From Iphione sp. A-MEVVRFRX5 (taxonomy: Eukaryota), in assembly GCA_976226885.1 (NCBI GenBank), contig OZ320321.1, positions 55,614,001 through 55,678,000 on the forward strand: a stretch of DNA of 64,000 nt, written 5' to 3'. The notes under the pieces are model-generated. The model did not search any database. It was given only the letters and a program-made list of their open reading frames with translations, and was not told the origin of the DNA. Both the position numbers and the translations under genes were made by a program. Positions 31,183 to 45,900 of the stretch are shown in pieces (positions within the stretch are counted from its first letter, which is position 1; the number at the start of each line of letters is the position of its first letter).

Positions 31183-34100
31183 CAGTATAATGAACGCGGC
31201 AAGGGCATGTCAGTAGTACAATGTAGTATCCCAAACCCCCTGTAGGTGGTGGTGTATGAACATTACAAACACGCCGAAAATGCTTCCGCTTAGAATGTAT
31301 GTAAACTCCCCTTTAAAAAAAACTATTCTGTGTCGAGTTGCAGATCCACAGCAGGGATTGAGGGGGGGGGCGCTCCCCTGACGGCTCGACACGAGGTGGT
31401 CAATGATGTGAGTAAAGGTGGACGAGCAGGGAGTTCAGATGGATTAAAACACTAATGAAACATTGTCATACAAAGATCCATCACACGCTGTGCTGCTGTT
31501 ATCCCAGGCCAGCAGCATTAAAACAGCAGTGCCGACTCACTGTGAAATGAAGAAAAACAATCCACCTTCCCAGCGCGTGTTAATTGAAGGGAGTGAAGAC
31601 TTGGACAATGATAAATGCGGCGCGGGCATTTTTTAAAGTTATTTAATTCATCACTGGTGCATATAGGTTAGATGGATGTTTGCGAGATGGGAATAAATAG
31701 AGTTTTCCTTAGAGACTGTAACAGATGTCGATACGACGCACCAGGACACATCTTTACTATTCCAGGGAAAATTTCACTTACGGTTGCATTCATTTAAAAA
31801 TGATTAACTATCTTGATTAATGTTCCCTGCTGTTACTCCTGTGTTATCCTTTAAAGTCAGAAAATAAATTAAGGGGGGATTTCGATAAAACTTCTAAAGA
31901 TAAATAAAGGACGTACAACAAAAAATGAGAAGGCTGGAAGTTTGATTTCAAGCCAATCAGTGTTTTATTGAACATGTAATCAACCTTTGAGGATTCCAAG
32001 AGTTCACACGTGACCTGTTCATGTGCACAGCTTGTTTAATCTGTCCCCTTTACACAAACAAAAATATGAAATTCGGTAACTTCGCCAAATTGTAACTCTT
32101 GATGTGCTTCAGCACCCAGACTCGGGAATACTCCGCAGTCAGTAAAACTTGTGTGTACGTGTATTCTTAAAAATTCCTTTCGAATCACAGATTTTGACGA
32201 ACATTAGGAAACGAAGGTTCCCTGATTTAATCGGGGTTGATAACTGGACACTGGTACAGCTTTGGAGCTGCGAGTTGCTATCATAAGTACATTTACATGT
32301 ATTTGCATAGAGTGGTTCCTCAAACAGATAAGCCCTTCCTGGGAGTATGATTCAAGGACGACGCAGATCAACACCATAGTTAAGGACACGAATAGGAGAA
32401 TATTTCCAGCAGTAAATCGAATATGAGAATAGAATAACTAGAATACAAAGTTTGAGGTTATTTTCTTGCAGGAAAACAAAGTGCCATTGTAAACTTAAAG
32501 TTCCGCATATGACTGACAATGAAGCGCAAGTATCCTTTAGATTATTGCTGAGCTACTTTTAGCTCACCCAGTATGGAATTCTTAATTGTTCGTATCCATT
32601 CGCCATCGCTAGGTTTATTGAAAAGACACAAGAACAATGACCATCACCGGCCTGTACAAAAGATAAATGTCTTGCTGAATCTGGCATAAAAAGAGAGAAA
32701 TCGCAGTCCGGTGCAGTCTATGGGGAATATAAAGGCTCGGCTTACCTCGGGGGGGCGGGGGCCGTAACGCATACAGCGGTCCCTCCGCCGAGGATACAAC
32801 AGCGATGCTGGATTCTGGAGTAGTGCAAGAAGACATCAGAAACACGGCCTTTGTGATCCGATGTCTGCCCTGCTGAAACCGATAACGCTCAGTTGGCGGC
32901 CGTAGCCCTGCAGGGTCTGCTGAGTTGCACTGAGCACTTCTCCTCTTTTCGACGTACCCTTCTCTAGGCTGGCGTAGGTTTCAGATGATACGCATACTTG
33001 GAGGTATTAGAGTTTTACATATTAGGACTTTCAGGATACCGCAATAGTTAGGAGTACAGGAGAGGACGCATTTGAATCTTTACTCTCTTTGACGCAGTGC
33101 ACGACAGTATGTCCAGCCAAGTGAACGGTTAAGGCATTTGGAAAATCTGAAGCAAATAACGACGAAAAGATAGACAAGAATTCCATGCCAAATGAGTTAC
33201 GTACTGCCACTGATATAGTTTTAATATGACTAACGGCAATTAATGGTGGCCCGCTTATCCCCGATGTTTCTGCCAGGAATACTCAGTCCTAATTGGGTCC
33301 GGAGACATGCGATATATCAGTTCAGGGGACAGGTGTTGTCCTCTAGAGAGCGTGCATCCATCAGGGAGGGCAAAAGTTCATGACCTGGAGCCAGGCTAAG
33401 CGTTGGGTTGTGGGGTACCCATATAACACGGACACCTACAGTAATCCTCCTGCTCGTACTGGAATTATTTGAAGGCTACATGTAATACGAATCATGATGT
33501 GCTGCAAATGTATGCAATGGGCCTCCCTGGAGATGTCATTTGATATGTCATCATAATGCATAGTCCACGGCTTCATTCCGTGGTCGCTGCATAAGGAAAG
33601 GCTCACTAAAGGTCAACCTTTTCCTGCCCAGACAGCCATACAGAAGTGACTCCGCTACTTTCTAATATCCACATGGATGAATTTGAATGAAATACACGAA
33701 TGTATGATGATACACGGGATCCCAGCTCCCCCCTCTGAACACGTAAACTACTTCCCATCGGGACACACGTTTCGCATGGAACATGTGGCGGGCGTGTGGA
33801 TGAATTTCATTATACGATAAGATTTTGTCAGATCGAACCGTTTCTATCTACTCTGATTAGTTGTCTATTTATGAGTCATGTGCCTCGAGAATTTTTCCCT
33901 ATTACGAGTGTTTACTATCCGAAACGTCACACAGCCTTCGGCGTAAGTAGGCTCCTTGGGGAAAGAGAAAGGTCACGAGTGTGAACCAATCAATGCAATC
34001 TAGCATACAAGCTGGACTAGAATGTAATGGACTGGAATAGAATGTAACACCTCTCCTGGTGCTCATGTTCCCCCCCCCCCCGCCATAATGAAGCACTTTA

Positions 34101-35801
34101 AGTGCTGCAGCAATTCTAAACTTGCTTCATTTCTCGTAGCCTATGCACGAGCGATAGCATTTGCCTCTCCTGGTCTCGGTGTTAATATTACAAGGATCGG
34201 ATGTCAGCGATGTCAGTGGATTCTGCAGGACTTTGAAGGAGCGGCGCTGGTTTTAATATAATATTTCAGCTTTACTGCCGGGCAGGTTGTTGGGATTAGG
34301 GCCCAATACTTTGGGATTTATATCAGAACTTTGTATCGAAACAGTAAGGTGATTACATGATTGAGTTGATAGTACATGTATTGTCAGCAAAAGAGTGATT
34401 GAAGGTACCTTTTGCGATCAGTTAGTGGAGAGAGAACAGCAGAATTCCTCCAAGGTTTGTTGTTAAGCATGCATTTAGGATTTGGGTCTGCATTTGTGAC
34501 TAGCAGGTGCATGTTCTCTGCGTATTACTGCAATGCATTCATTTCAAGCACTACTCACTGCTTCAGCCTAAAGCGTTAATAGGGAAGCCATCAACCTAAA
34601 AAAGCTGTTCGCACACCAATACGTACCAAGTATTCGGTGATAAGTGCAGACCAGCACAAAGGAATGTAATGTTAGTTCAAAATCGTTCACAGAAAAAGTA
34701 CTTCTATTTGTCCCGAAAATAATTTGAGATTGAAAAAAACTGTAGAGCATGTGCCCTATGTAGGACATCAAAGGTCTGACCACTGGTGTCACCTCTTTCT
34801 TCTCATTAAGTGAACAATTCATGGGTAAAATGTGTCTTTTGCAAGAAGAAAGTGAAGATGTAGTATCTTTTTTCAAAGCAAAGATCTCCAAAGTATGTTA
34901 TTCGTAAGAAGAAAAAAACGAATTTAAAAAAAACGTGGAGGAGTTATTTTTCCCCGGGCAGTATGATGCTGGTTTATGTGAAAGGCTGCTTTTTGAGGGG
35001 GGGGGAGGCAAACTGAGAGCTAGAACTGTGCACTGGGGTCGGACGCAGCCAGGCGAGTAGAGAGATGGGCATGTTAGACAAGACTGTGGTGCGCATGTCT
35101 GACAAGGCCTAGGGACTGTATACAAGCGCAGCAGTGACTCATCCCCGAACACTGCTGGTCGTCCGTGCCCGCCGCCGCCACAGTACGGGTCGTCCTTCAC
35201 GTCGGCCGGTCATCACGCACCATTACACATACGCCGAATCATTTAGTTCCACCTATTCACGTACCAGACACCGATTGGCCTTTTTCTTATTTCGAAAGGA
35301 GAGGAGTATCATTTATAGCGGCGAGTCAGATCGATCGTGTAAATATGAATTTGACTATGTATCACGCATCTGAAATAAGTTTGAACGGAACTTACACTGA
35401 TGACAAATGCGATTGTGTTGGGAAAGTTTCATGAATCGATCGGCGTATACACAGTTGATATAACTATAGGCTAATGAAACAAAGGTTCCACTAGAGTATG
35501 TTGTGTCAGAATGCATGCAGCGACAAGATGTCCAGACAGAAACAATATCACCGCGGCCATGGAATCTTGCACATAAATGAATGCATAATGCATGCTAAGC
35601 ATAAAATTGCCGATGAAATGCTTTCCCGTAGCCGTGCAGGGGATGCTCCGCAAATATAGAAAATCGAAACGAAATGCGCAGTGAACAAATACGTGTAGAC
35701 CAAGTGCACATCTCATGACACTGTGACCCAAGCACACACCGTAATTGTTTTTCAGTCTGTACGCAAGGCAAGAAAATGGACGCCATTGCTTTAAGAAATA
35801 A

Positions 35802-36755
35802 ATGTTCATCAAGAAATCATATTCAGACTGTATCAATCTAGGGGTCGGTGTACCACAGGGCAGTATCCTCGGCCCTACCCTATTTAGTATCTTTATTAAT
35901 GATAGTATTAAACATCTAAAGCACTGTCACTGTGTATTATATGCAGACGACACAGTATTATTATTCAGACATAAGAATCTGCAGAAAATCGAAGAATCAT
36001 TATCAAAAGATCTTCTATTGTTGAATGAATGGTGTGAGACAAATGGTATTACCATAAATGAACAAAAAACAGAATTAATGCTAATATGTACCACACGGAA
36101 TATGAACAGGGACTCAGTTTTGAATGTTGTCTTGAATGATTTTGTAATCAAACAGGTGCCAGTATTTAAGTATTTAGGCCTATGTATTGATCGCCACCTA
36201 ACATTTGAATATGAATTACAAAGTAAATTAAACAAGTCATATAGCCAATTAAATCTACTGCGCCATGTTAGATCAATCTCAGATGAGAAGACTGCCATGC
36301 TAATTCTAAAAACTTACTTTCTACCAAATATCGAATACTGCATTGGATCTATACACTGCTACAAATCATACAGCTTCGTAAGATTAGAAAAGCAGCTAAT
36401 AAAAGCAATAAAGATAGTCACCAGATACAAGCTGAGCAGGATTGAAGACATCATGATAAGATACTCAATTCTCCCTTTGGAATTTAGAAGTACTTACTAT
36501 TCCCTATGTAATAGCTATGAAGACCTGTCCCCCCAATACTGCAACTTACTAAAAGAAAACAATAGACGAAATCCATGTATTCCTTGTACTAGACCCAAAA
36601 TCACTTTGTATAAATACAGTCCAAAGTATTTCTCTATTAGGAGTTGGAATAGTCTGGAAAGTCAAATAAAAACACTACCAAAGGTTAAGTTTAAGAAGAG
36701 AGTGAAGAGCACATTGCTCAATAAACTTTCAAAGGATAATTGGAGAGTCCCATGA
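35802..36755 (+). pseudogene. Truncated LINE ORF2 (RT domain from motif 4 to the C-terminus), 317 codons uninterrupted
   Basis: ORF track; lacks the endonuclease and N-terminal RT. The first few codons may be flanking DNA. Confidence 0.88.
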
Positions 36756-36983
36756 AAAATGATATACTGAATGTAAAGAAAAGTATATACTGTATGATCA
36801 TACTTCATTTACTCATTTCATGTAGTACTCATGTTGTATATATGTAAATATGTATATAACTACTGTTTAGAAATAAGACTGTATATATTATTGTATATAG
36901 ATCTAAGCCCCTGGAAATATTGTTGTAGCATACGCTGGCACCACTGGACTGCCAGGATAAATAAAATTTAAAAAAAAAAAAAA
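35826..36983 (+). mobile_element. 5'-truncated L2/CR1-group LINE (RT C-terminal part, 3' UTR, A-rich tail)
   Basis: Open frame to 36755 with GVPQGSILGPTLFSIFIND, LYADDTVL (35940-35951), WCETNGITINEQKTELM, FKYLGLCIDRHLTF and a C-terminal SIRSWNSL. The AT-rich 3' UTR has a terminal stem-loop (ctggca/tgccag, 36935-36955), then taaataaaattt and A15. Confidence 0.93.
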
Positions 36984-39900
36984 ATGCTGCAGAAAATAAA
37001 GCGCACTACTTTCCATGGATAGCGTTTCCAAAATGTCAGAAGGTGGCCAGGGCGTGATGGGCTACCAACTTAGTTGAGCCTGTCCGAGGTAATCAGGCGT
37101 TGACGGCGGATCGCCCTATTCGCTCGTGTCCATCTCCTGTTGGGAGCGGGAGGGTGGGGTGAGGGTGGGGGTGCGGGGCATGGGGCGTCTTCCACCTGGC
37201 CCGCAGAGCGGCGGCCAGTTCCTGGGCGGCCGGAAGCCGTTTACCTGTCAGCTTAAACCGTCGGAGATGACGGCTGACCGGCTACCGGGGAGAGCGTCTT
37301 CAAACTGCAAACTCACCTTTTAAAAAACCGCACTAAATACACTTCTAAAGAGACAAAAAACAACCCTCGTCTTATTGGCATTGGCAGGGGCGGGCGCGGG
37401 CGCGGGGGAGTATGTGCAGCAACTTCACTGGAGATTATCCCCCAGAGGCACGCTGGGTATTTACCGCCAGGCTACTGCCATGACAACTGTCACTAATATC
37501 ACAAGGCGGACATTTTAATCAGGTCTAACAAGACGCGGCTGGCTGGACTTGGCAGTCTTCCCCCACCTGGGAAGACAGACGCCTACCGTCCTTGACAATG
37601 TCACATATAGGAGTTTAGTATAACGAGAGAGATAAGCTCAGCATTCGTCCCCCTGACAGGAGACGAGAACCGTCAGCTCCAGGGATTATTATCTCACTAA
37701 GAATGGGGAAAAAATCACTGTCACATTGGGAATCGAAGCAAGAATAATATACAGAATGAAGAGGGCTCCGGCACATGTGAGACTGGTTTTTTTCGCTAAG
37801 CTGGTTTGCAGGTTTCCGGTTGATATTCACACTGTCACAACATGAATCCCATGTTTCTTTAATAGGAACGTGCATCGAAAGGAATATGGACTCCGTGTTG
37901 TTAACGCAGGGATGGAAAAAATAGGAAACTGGCACGGAATACAAACCAAAATAATAGGCATGCGTGAAAGCAGTTAAATACTTGCAAGCAATCGCATCTA
38001 AATGAGCAAGGAACGTATGAACATTGCTCACATTTTACATTGCTCAAATTCTACGGCATGTTTGTACGGTTTGAATTAACTGAGTAATTGCCAAGCCCAA
38101 TATCCTCAAGCGAATAACTCGTAACTAGATCAGCGAGATTTGCAATGAATACAGGAGAAATGTAGATACAATGTACACGTTGACGGCTAGAACTGCGACC
38201 GTTAGAATCCCCATTTCCAGTGTGCCCTAGCTGAATAATTAGCAAGCTTATAGCGACTGACAGAACGACCTTTCCGCCTCAAAACCACTCAACTCACGAC
38301 ATGAAAACAAGGCCAACACGTCTCGGTTTCCAGTACACAACATAGTCCCTTGCCAGCGGGAGCTTCCAGTTTTTAGTCGGGCAGAAACAGATGTCTGAAT
38401 AGGTCTACAACTAGTCCCCGTGTAAACACCAATATATCAACCTGCCTTTGCTTGCCAACCCGGCCGTCTCCTTCGGTGCTGACATTCAAACAAACGGCTT
38501 CATGATCCGTATTACTGCTCCTGAAGTCATACGTCTTAAGTCATTTTCTGCTTTATAGTAAACACGTTACAAACGCCATGAGAATATAGCTGCAGAGGAA
38601 GCGATTCTAATGTCAGTCTTAATTCTGCGAAGGGATAACATCCTTCACTACGAAAAGGACTGAAGGCGACAATCCTGTGTCGCCTAGGTTGACGTGCTTA
38701 TCAGACATGGATTTACACCTCTAATATAGAATCCCTAACCCGTCGTGCCAGAACACCTCCCACTACCTTTGAATTTAGGCAGGACGAAGAGCTCTTTTCA
38801 CCTAGGAGCGTCCTCTGGGCCTTTGGGTAATCAATTGCTTTTCTTACTAGAGCAACTGCATCGAGAGCAAGTAATAACAGCGTGAATTCAAGCAATATCA
38901 GCACAGGGGCAATCGGCTCTAATGATTATATCCTAAGGAGGTTTTGGGTTCACCGTTGTTCCCTCTTCCTATTTGATTTTCTTCACTCGTCTCTGTATCT
39001 CGCAATTTGTCTCTTGCCACCTGCAAACAAAGCCGGCTGCAAGCCCATCTGCCACATTAAAGAGAAACTTTTTGCATTTCCCGTCCGTTAAAACCAACGC
39101 AATCATTCGAAAGTACGACTTGGTTCGTGCAGGAATACGGTATGCTTTACTAGGATTACTCGCCAAACACTACGAATAGTTTCCCTATTGAGCAAGACAA
39201 CAACTCTCTATCAGATCAACATCACGACCTCAGAAGATCAGCCGATCAGTTGATTGATGAGAGGCAAAAAAACCTGGCAGGTCTAAAGCCACAAAGCCCA
39301 GAAGTTCCCTCAAATCTTTTCCACTGTGGACATTCATCGAAAGGCAAGCCTTTATCTTCTTCTATAGATTTTGCTACTTAAGAACTTTTTACTCTTAATT
39401 ATCGTGGAAGCAGAGGAATATCATCTGCTGTTTCAACTGTATGAAAAATGGAACCGAATTAAATCTATACAATTAGTACAGCAACAATTTCCATATAAAC
39501 CAATCCTATTTAAACACGCATTGTCTTAACAATCGATGTGTTTTACATATGAAGGAGAGAAGGGAGATGCGCCTCTTTTGTCTACGATTCCCTATGCGTA
39601 CGTATAACTAATTACCGACAGGACATACATTATTGATCAACATAGGTAATGACGTTTTAGGGATGTAAATAACTTTCTTTTTACAATCATAGTCTCCATA
39701 CTATTACGGAGAGGAACTTTAGAGTGCACCTGTTTTAAAGTAATCATTCAATCACACTTAAGAACATTTAATTAGTCCCTGCATGTCTTACTATTAGTTG
39801 CCTACATTAAATCCTATTGTATATCTTTAAATGATAAGGAATGTAATCTTTTTGCATCACCCCAGACAAAAACACTGAGCATGCTATACATTGAATCATA

Positions 39901-42900
39901 TAGCCATCGCCAGTAAACTCGTAGCAAGAAGAGTTCTTCAACCCGCAGGTAATAGGCCCTTCAGTAAGAGCGACCATTTTGTCTAAGCCCAGACTTCACG
40001 ACAGGCTGGTTATACGAATGACGCCGTAGAAAGCTAGTTTAAAACCTAATTAATCTTGCTCTTCTTAACTTGCGTAGTTTCTCGAAGTGAGTACAGAAAT
40101 CCTAAGGTGGGTGTATAGGTATTTTCGGTCGGTGGACGCAACACACATGCCATGCGTACCGCCACTGACGACGCGGATGCTTGTAAGAATATCCACTAAT
40201 GAACAGCAAGGGGTCGAGCCCCCTGAGACATGCTGCTGACACCCTCAGACGAAGTCTTCCTGCAACTTGCAAGGCGAGGCCTTTTAGCAAACCGAAGCAG
40301 AAACCCAATCTACATATTATACACCTTGGCTATTCCCATGCTACAAGGAGCCGAAGACACAAATGGACGGCTAACAGGAAAACGACAGACCAAATAAAAA
40401 GGACAAAGGTAAATGAACAAAGGCGAGGGAAGAAACACCAGCTTTAACGAACGTTCAACCTACACTTATTTATGCAGTACCTGTGCTAGATTGGTACTGG
40501 CGTTAATATCTGTCTAATTTAAGCGCTAGCACGTACGAGTTGTAATTTCAAAGCTCCTGTTCAAATAGCAGAAAGACTTATCGGTAAGGGGAGATGAATA
40601 CTGCCTACGGTGAGTCAAGATTAGTAAACAAATGAAGTTTTCAGTTTTGAATACATGTATAGTGTGTGAATCGTTAGAAACAAATACTCATGTTCTCGGT
40701 CGCACCTCATAGAGTCAGAGGCATAGCCACGTCCTATGATTAAATACTCATATGTTTGTTTCTCCTTGGATTTGGAAAGGATCATTTCGCTTCTCCAGTG
40801 TATACCAAACTTTAAAACAAAACAATCTCGCCAGTACAACTTTTCCAGAATTCGATGGAACTGCACGTATAAATTCTGTCGCTTTAAGAAAGTAAGTTGC
40901 CAAGACATAAAATGCATTGCAACCCTCAAATATTCACATGTATTAAGGAACTGTAGAGGTACAAATTTAGGAACTGTAGAGGTACAAATATGCTATCCTT
41001 AATGTTCCTCAATCTAACCAAAATTGAAATCAAAATATACACACCATTGTAGGTTTCATAGACCACAGACCTTTTGATACCGTTAACCATTATTTGCTTT
41101 TGATTGAATTGTTAAGTCTAATCAATGTATATAATGCATGCTTTCAAACTGGGGAAACCGCCCTACAAGGGCAACAGATGGAGAAAATCAAAAGAATTTA
41201 ATTTGAATTGTATATGTATATGTCAAATTGTGTTGAGACTGGCAGGCGTATCCCATAAACCAGGACTTCTCTTCGATTCCATAACTGTACCTAAGTCATC
41301 GAGGCGGGCGGTGTTTCTTCTGTCACGTGTCGTAAATTCATTAATCCTACATGGCAGAGACGCGCAGACCGCGTGACCACGATAGTAGACACTGGAGAAA
41401 CACGGGCGACGAGATCAACCAATGGGCTCCCGGCACCAGAGAGGAAGCGTGCATCAGTTAACGAGGCGGGCCGGGCCGGGGTGAGGCTCTTACAATGGTG
41501 TCTGATAGGCCTGAGCCGGGCCTCATTAGGCCCGGTCTGGCACGCTGTCAGCAGTCGGCGGACCCGGCCAACTGGCGGCCTTTATCAAGACCGCCGCCAG
41601 GTGAACAGGAAGTCATGACCGTCTAGCCGGCGTCCCGTTCGCCCATCTCCCGATACCGGAAGATGTGGAGGGATGCCCCCGTCTCAGTTCAGACGATGAG
41701 CATGTATTCCTTGGCAACTGGCTGGCTGCACGCCACGAATTCTATTCGCGTTGGTCTCTGAATTTGCAAACAAACCACCCACTCGGAATGACGGATTTCC
41801 CCCACTTTCTGAAGTTTATTAGATTCTGCCGTCGTTACGCCACATTGTGGTTGCGGGTAGAATTTCAGATTCATTATTACATGCTGTTCAGTTAAACCCA
41901 GTGGCATAATCCGGGGCCTAATATACATAGTGACCGCGATAAGTGTCAGTCGGCATGTTTTTGATGCACGCTACGGGAGTGGATACCACTGAGTGAACTA
42001 ATCTACATGTATATAGAAGTTGTTCTTTCCAAGATGCGCAACTCTCAATTAATCTTTAGCAGATCAATGACAACCAATGTTTGTTTTGAGATAAGCAATT
42101 CCTATGTCGGACATTTGAAGTGCATCCCCAACACGGAACTACAAGTGACATTTACCAAGCAAAGACAGGGACAGCTGATTAGAATGGGACAAGCAGAAAG
42201 AAAACAAGTCCCAGTTAGTTCGTAATATTAGCAGCGGAATACGAGGAAATACCTAAACATAATTCAAAAGTTTTAAAATGTGTACACTCTACCCTACTGA
42301 TACCTAAACGACAAAGATGTATAAAGTGATACTCCAGACCAATGAAGATCGATGTCTAAATGCTGGGCCTATCAGCATCATCATCAGATCGCATTAAATC
42401 CTTACCTTAATGTGTAAAGAAAGCGCAACATGGAAAATCTGTCGCTGTTGTTTTCCTGTTGCCTTTCCGAGGTTTGCTGAATGAGCTCTTTTAGAAATAA
42501 ACATATAAAAAAGAATAGTCATTCGTTTTAAAATGGGAAAATAGTGGCTACGCTTGGGGTTGGTTGGGGTGGAGGCTTGAACCACCTGAATCACATCGAC
42601 AACATCAGATTGGCCTCCATAATCTGATCACTGCAACTCCATTAATACTGCCATCGTACGAGGAAAAAGCGGCTCGTGCGAATGGCGTGGAAAGCTGTCA
42701 GTCACTAAGATACCGCCATCTTTGGGCAGATTGGAAGTGTCGTTCGATTTCTTCTATCATCATCAACTGCTCTTGTTGCCCGTCCTCAAGTCTCCCCCTT
42801 CATATACTTAACACAATAACTGCCCATTATCATCAAATTATCGTACTTAATAATGAATGATAGACCCTTTAGGGCCGATCAAGTCTTTTACTTATCAGCA

Positions 42901-45900
42901 CGCCCCAGTCCTTGTGCCGAGCTGTTCTGCCCAGCCAAGGGAACAATTATTCCTCTCCACACAGTTATTCATGATTCCATCAAGAACGTCTTCCGCAACG
43001 GCCTCCGCACCCGCTATCGCCACTTTATTATGTGACATATTCATCCGCATAGAGCTTCGTTTTTATAGGATACATTACAACCCTAATAACCAACAACCAG
43101 CCGCGGTGTGATAATACAAACGATGCAAAGTCAAGCTACGCATACCGTCTCCGTCTGCAGTGGGAGTGAAATAGAACGGGGATTATAGAGACGTAATCTC
43201 CGACGGGACAGAAATGTAATGACGGGAAATAGACTAGGACATTTATCACCAATTAAGTAGCAAAGCCAAATATGATTTGACAGGAAATGAGAACCATTGT
43301 CCCCACTGTAAGTAAATGATGAAAGTCGATCATCCTGGTTCTTTTCTATGAAGTAGAAAAAAAGCCAAGATCTCGACTTCGCACTTCAGGCCTCCTGCTT
43401 CTATTGATTATGCGAACATAGTTTCCGTTTCCATTTTTATTTCTCGCAAGAAGTGACTCGAAAAATCCACTTTACGTCAGGAAGACATGCCATACATGTT
43501 TGAAGAAAGCACAACCGGGCCAACACTTGTAATATTATCACTCCATGCAACTCCTACGCTCTATCAACACACAGACTACCCACTACTGCCTGCGGACTCC
43601 CTTTAGGATTGTGCATGGCCATTCGACAAGTAATAATGCAAGAGGGTCGACTCTTCTGGGCTCCACTAGGAGATTCACGCCGTGCAGAGCACATTGAGAC
43701 AACTCTTCCGCGGGCGGGAGACACTGACGGGCTCGGTGATTCAAGTCGCCGGGAGCTCCAGCCATAATTCATTGGCTGTCATCACCCATTTTTCTCTTGA
43801 CAGTTTTCTTGGTCTCCCCTGAATGACGTCGCGGGGGGGGGGGCATTTCGTAGGGGACTGGAAGCGGTGTAAAGGGCCGGCTAGGAATGATTAGCAGAAA
43901 AAAAGGGAGAAAAGAAGCGTTTAAAGCATAACAATTATAATAAGGAAATTGGGAGGCGCTCAAGGGAGGAACTGCATATACGAATCGTGGAGCGTTGCCT
44001 TGCATGCCTAATACGGAAGACATAGTGTAGGCAGCAATGGTACGAAAATGAACACTTGTAAATAGATATATGTCATGGGCATATGGATAGATAAACATCT
44101 TGGAAGAAGAGGCAGAGAACTGCATATCATAATACATAGAGTAACCCCTCACTATTCTATCCACTTGCTAATCCACTCCCTTCCCAGTTCCAACCAAATC
44201 TCACTGAATTTGGACGAATCTGCATGTACATGTGACACAAGCCCTCCCATATTGCAACCCCAAACTGCTGCGATCAAAAGAGACTAGAACCATCCAGATT
44301 TTGAATACTGAGGAGTTAGTGTTCATGTACATGGGTTCGGAAAAGATGGGGGGATAATTATAATTAACAAATACACGGTAGGAAACAGTTCTGGAAAGGT
44401 TGAACTTAGACTTAGTAATAATTAAGCTTGGAGAAGTTGGCGTCATTTGAATGGAAAGTTTTGGTGTAGAGTTTGCGATAATACATGTAACTGGATTCTC
44501 AGATGAGCAATCCAAGGAGCAATGCCGGAATCATATTCATCACAAATTGAATTTCCGTTTATTGTGACAAAAGAAAAGGATCCCCAGCATAGGTAAGCTC
44601 TCAAATGTCAATATATTTGCCAAGCACAGATGGCTTCTTCGTCGTGATTATGTTGTCAACAAGGAAGGGATTAAAATTGGACTGCTCAAAGGACCGAATA
44701 CTATAGAAATGAGTTAATTTAGTGACAAACCTTCGACCCTACTGACGTCGATTAAGATGGAATGTGTAAAAAACAAAATGATTTTCCATTTGAGAAAGAG
44801 GCGTAAAATTTGTTTGTGCTCCTGGGACGCACCAGTCTAAGGAGAAACGCTTACTCTGTATCACAGCATATAAGCGAAGGCTCCATAGTTTGCCTTGTAC
44901 GCTGATGACTCCATCCAACTTCATTTCTCAACTAACCCATCCATGAAATCCACTACAGAGCTCCCAGCGCCGCTCTCCGAACGGTCTCGCCGCCACCAAT
45001 TTCTTCAATAAGTTCTTGCAAAACTACTTATTGATCGACTGGGCTTGAACTCAAATCACAAACATACGGCCGGCACACGCCGTCCTAGGTGATAGCAGGG
45101 GTCGCCAAGATGCTGGGGAGCGCGATAAAAACAACCAATAAGGCAGAGAAATTCTCTAACTTGGTGGAAAATCTCATCTGAGTCTGCCGTTTTTCATGAA
45201 GAGGGCATGTCTGATTAAAGCGCAATTTAACTGCTTGCTGCAATAAGAGAGAAAGCCCCCTCGAATCAACAGGCATTAGAATAAAAAGGAGGCGACTCGC
45301 AGATGGCAGATTTGAATTTGTCTGAGGTAAACACACGTCACTATTTGTAAGTGATTCTCTGCTGATGTGTTTTAAGTGCATGCCCTAACTGTGGCCGTAT
45401 TTATTATTGAACGCGCGTGCCTTCGATTATTGGGAGAAATCACCCAATATAACGCCGTATCGCAGCCCTAGATCCCGCGATTCACCGTGTATTGTAACTG
45501 TAAGAAGTACATTCTATACCCTGTTAAAAAAGATGAGAGCTTATATAACCATGAAATATTGCCCTGTTCACTGTACGGTTTAGTTCTTTACCATTTCGTT
45601 ACCCACCGTATGAGATCCACCAATAACTTAACCACGCACGTTTCTAGGACTTACTCCTATCCGAGTCACTGCTGTTATTCGCTGTCGCTGTCCTGGAGAT
45701 CTATTCTCTCCAAGGCGAAAGGTGAGGCGTTTTTAACGAGGGAAATAACAGCCATATCTGAAGAACAACTTTGAATTCTGGCAGCAGCAAACCCTACGCC
45801 CCGGGCTTAAGGGTAAGCACAGAGTGATTACCACGAGTAGACCCGCCCTGCATCCATTCAAAAACATCTAGTGAATCCCCTAAAAAAACTCCAACGAATA

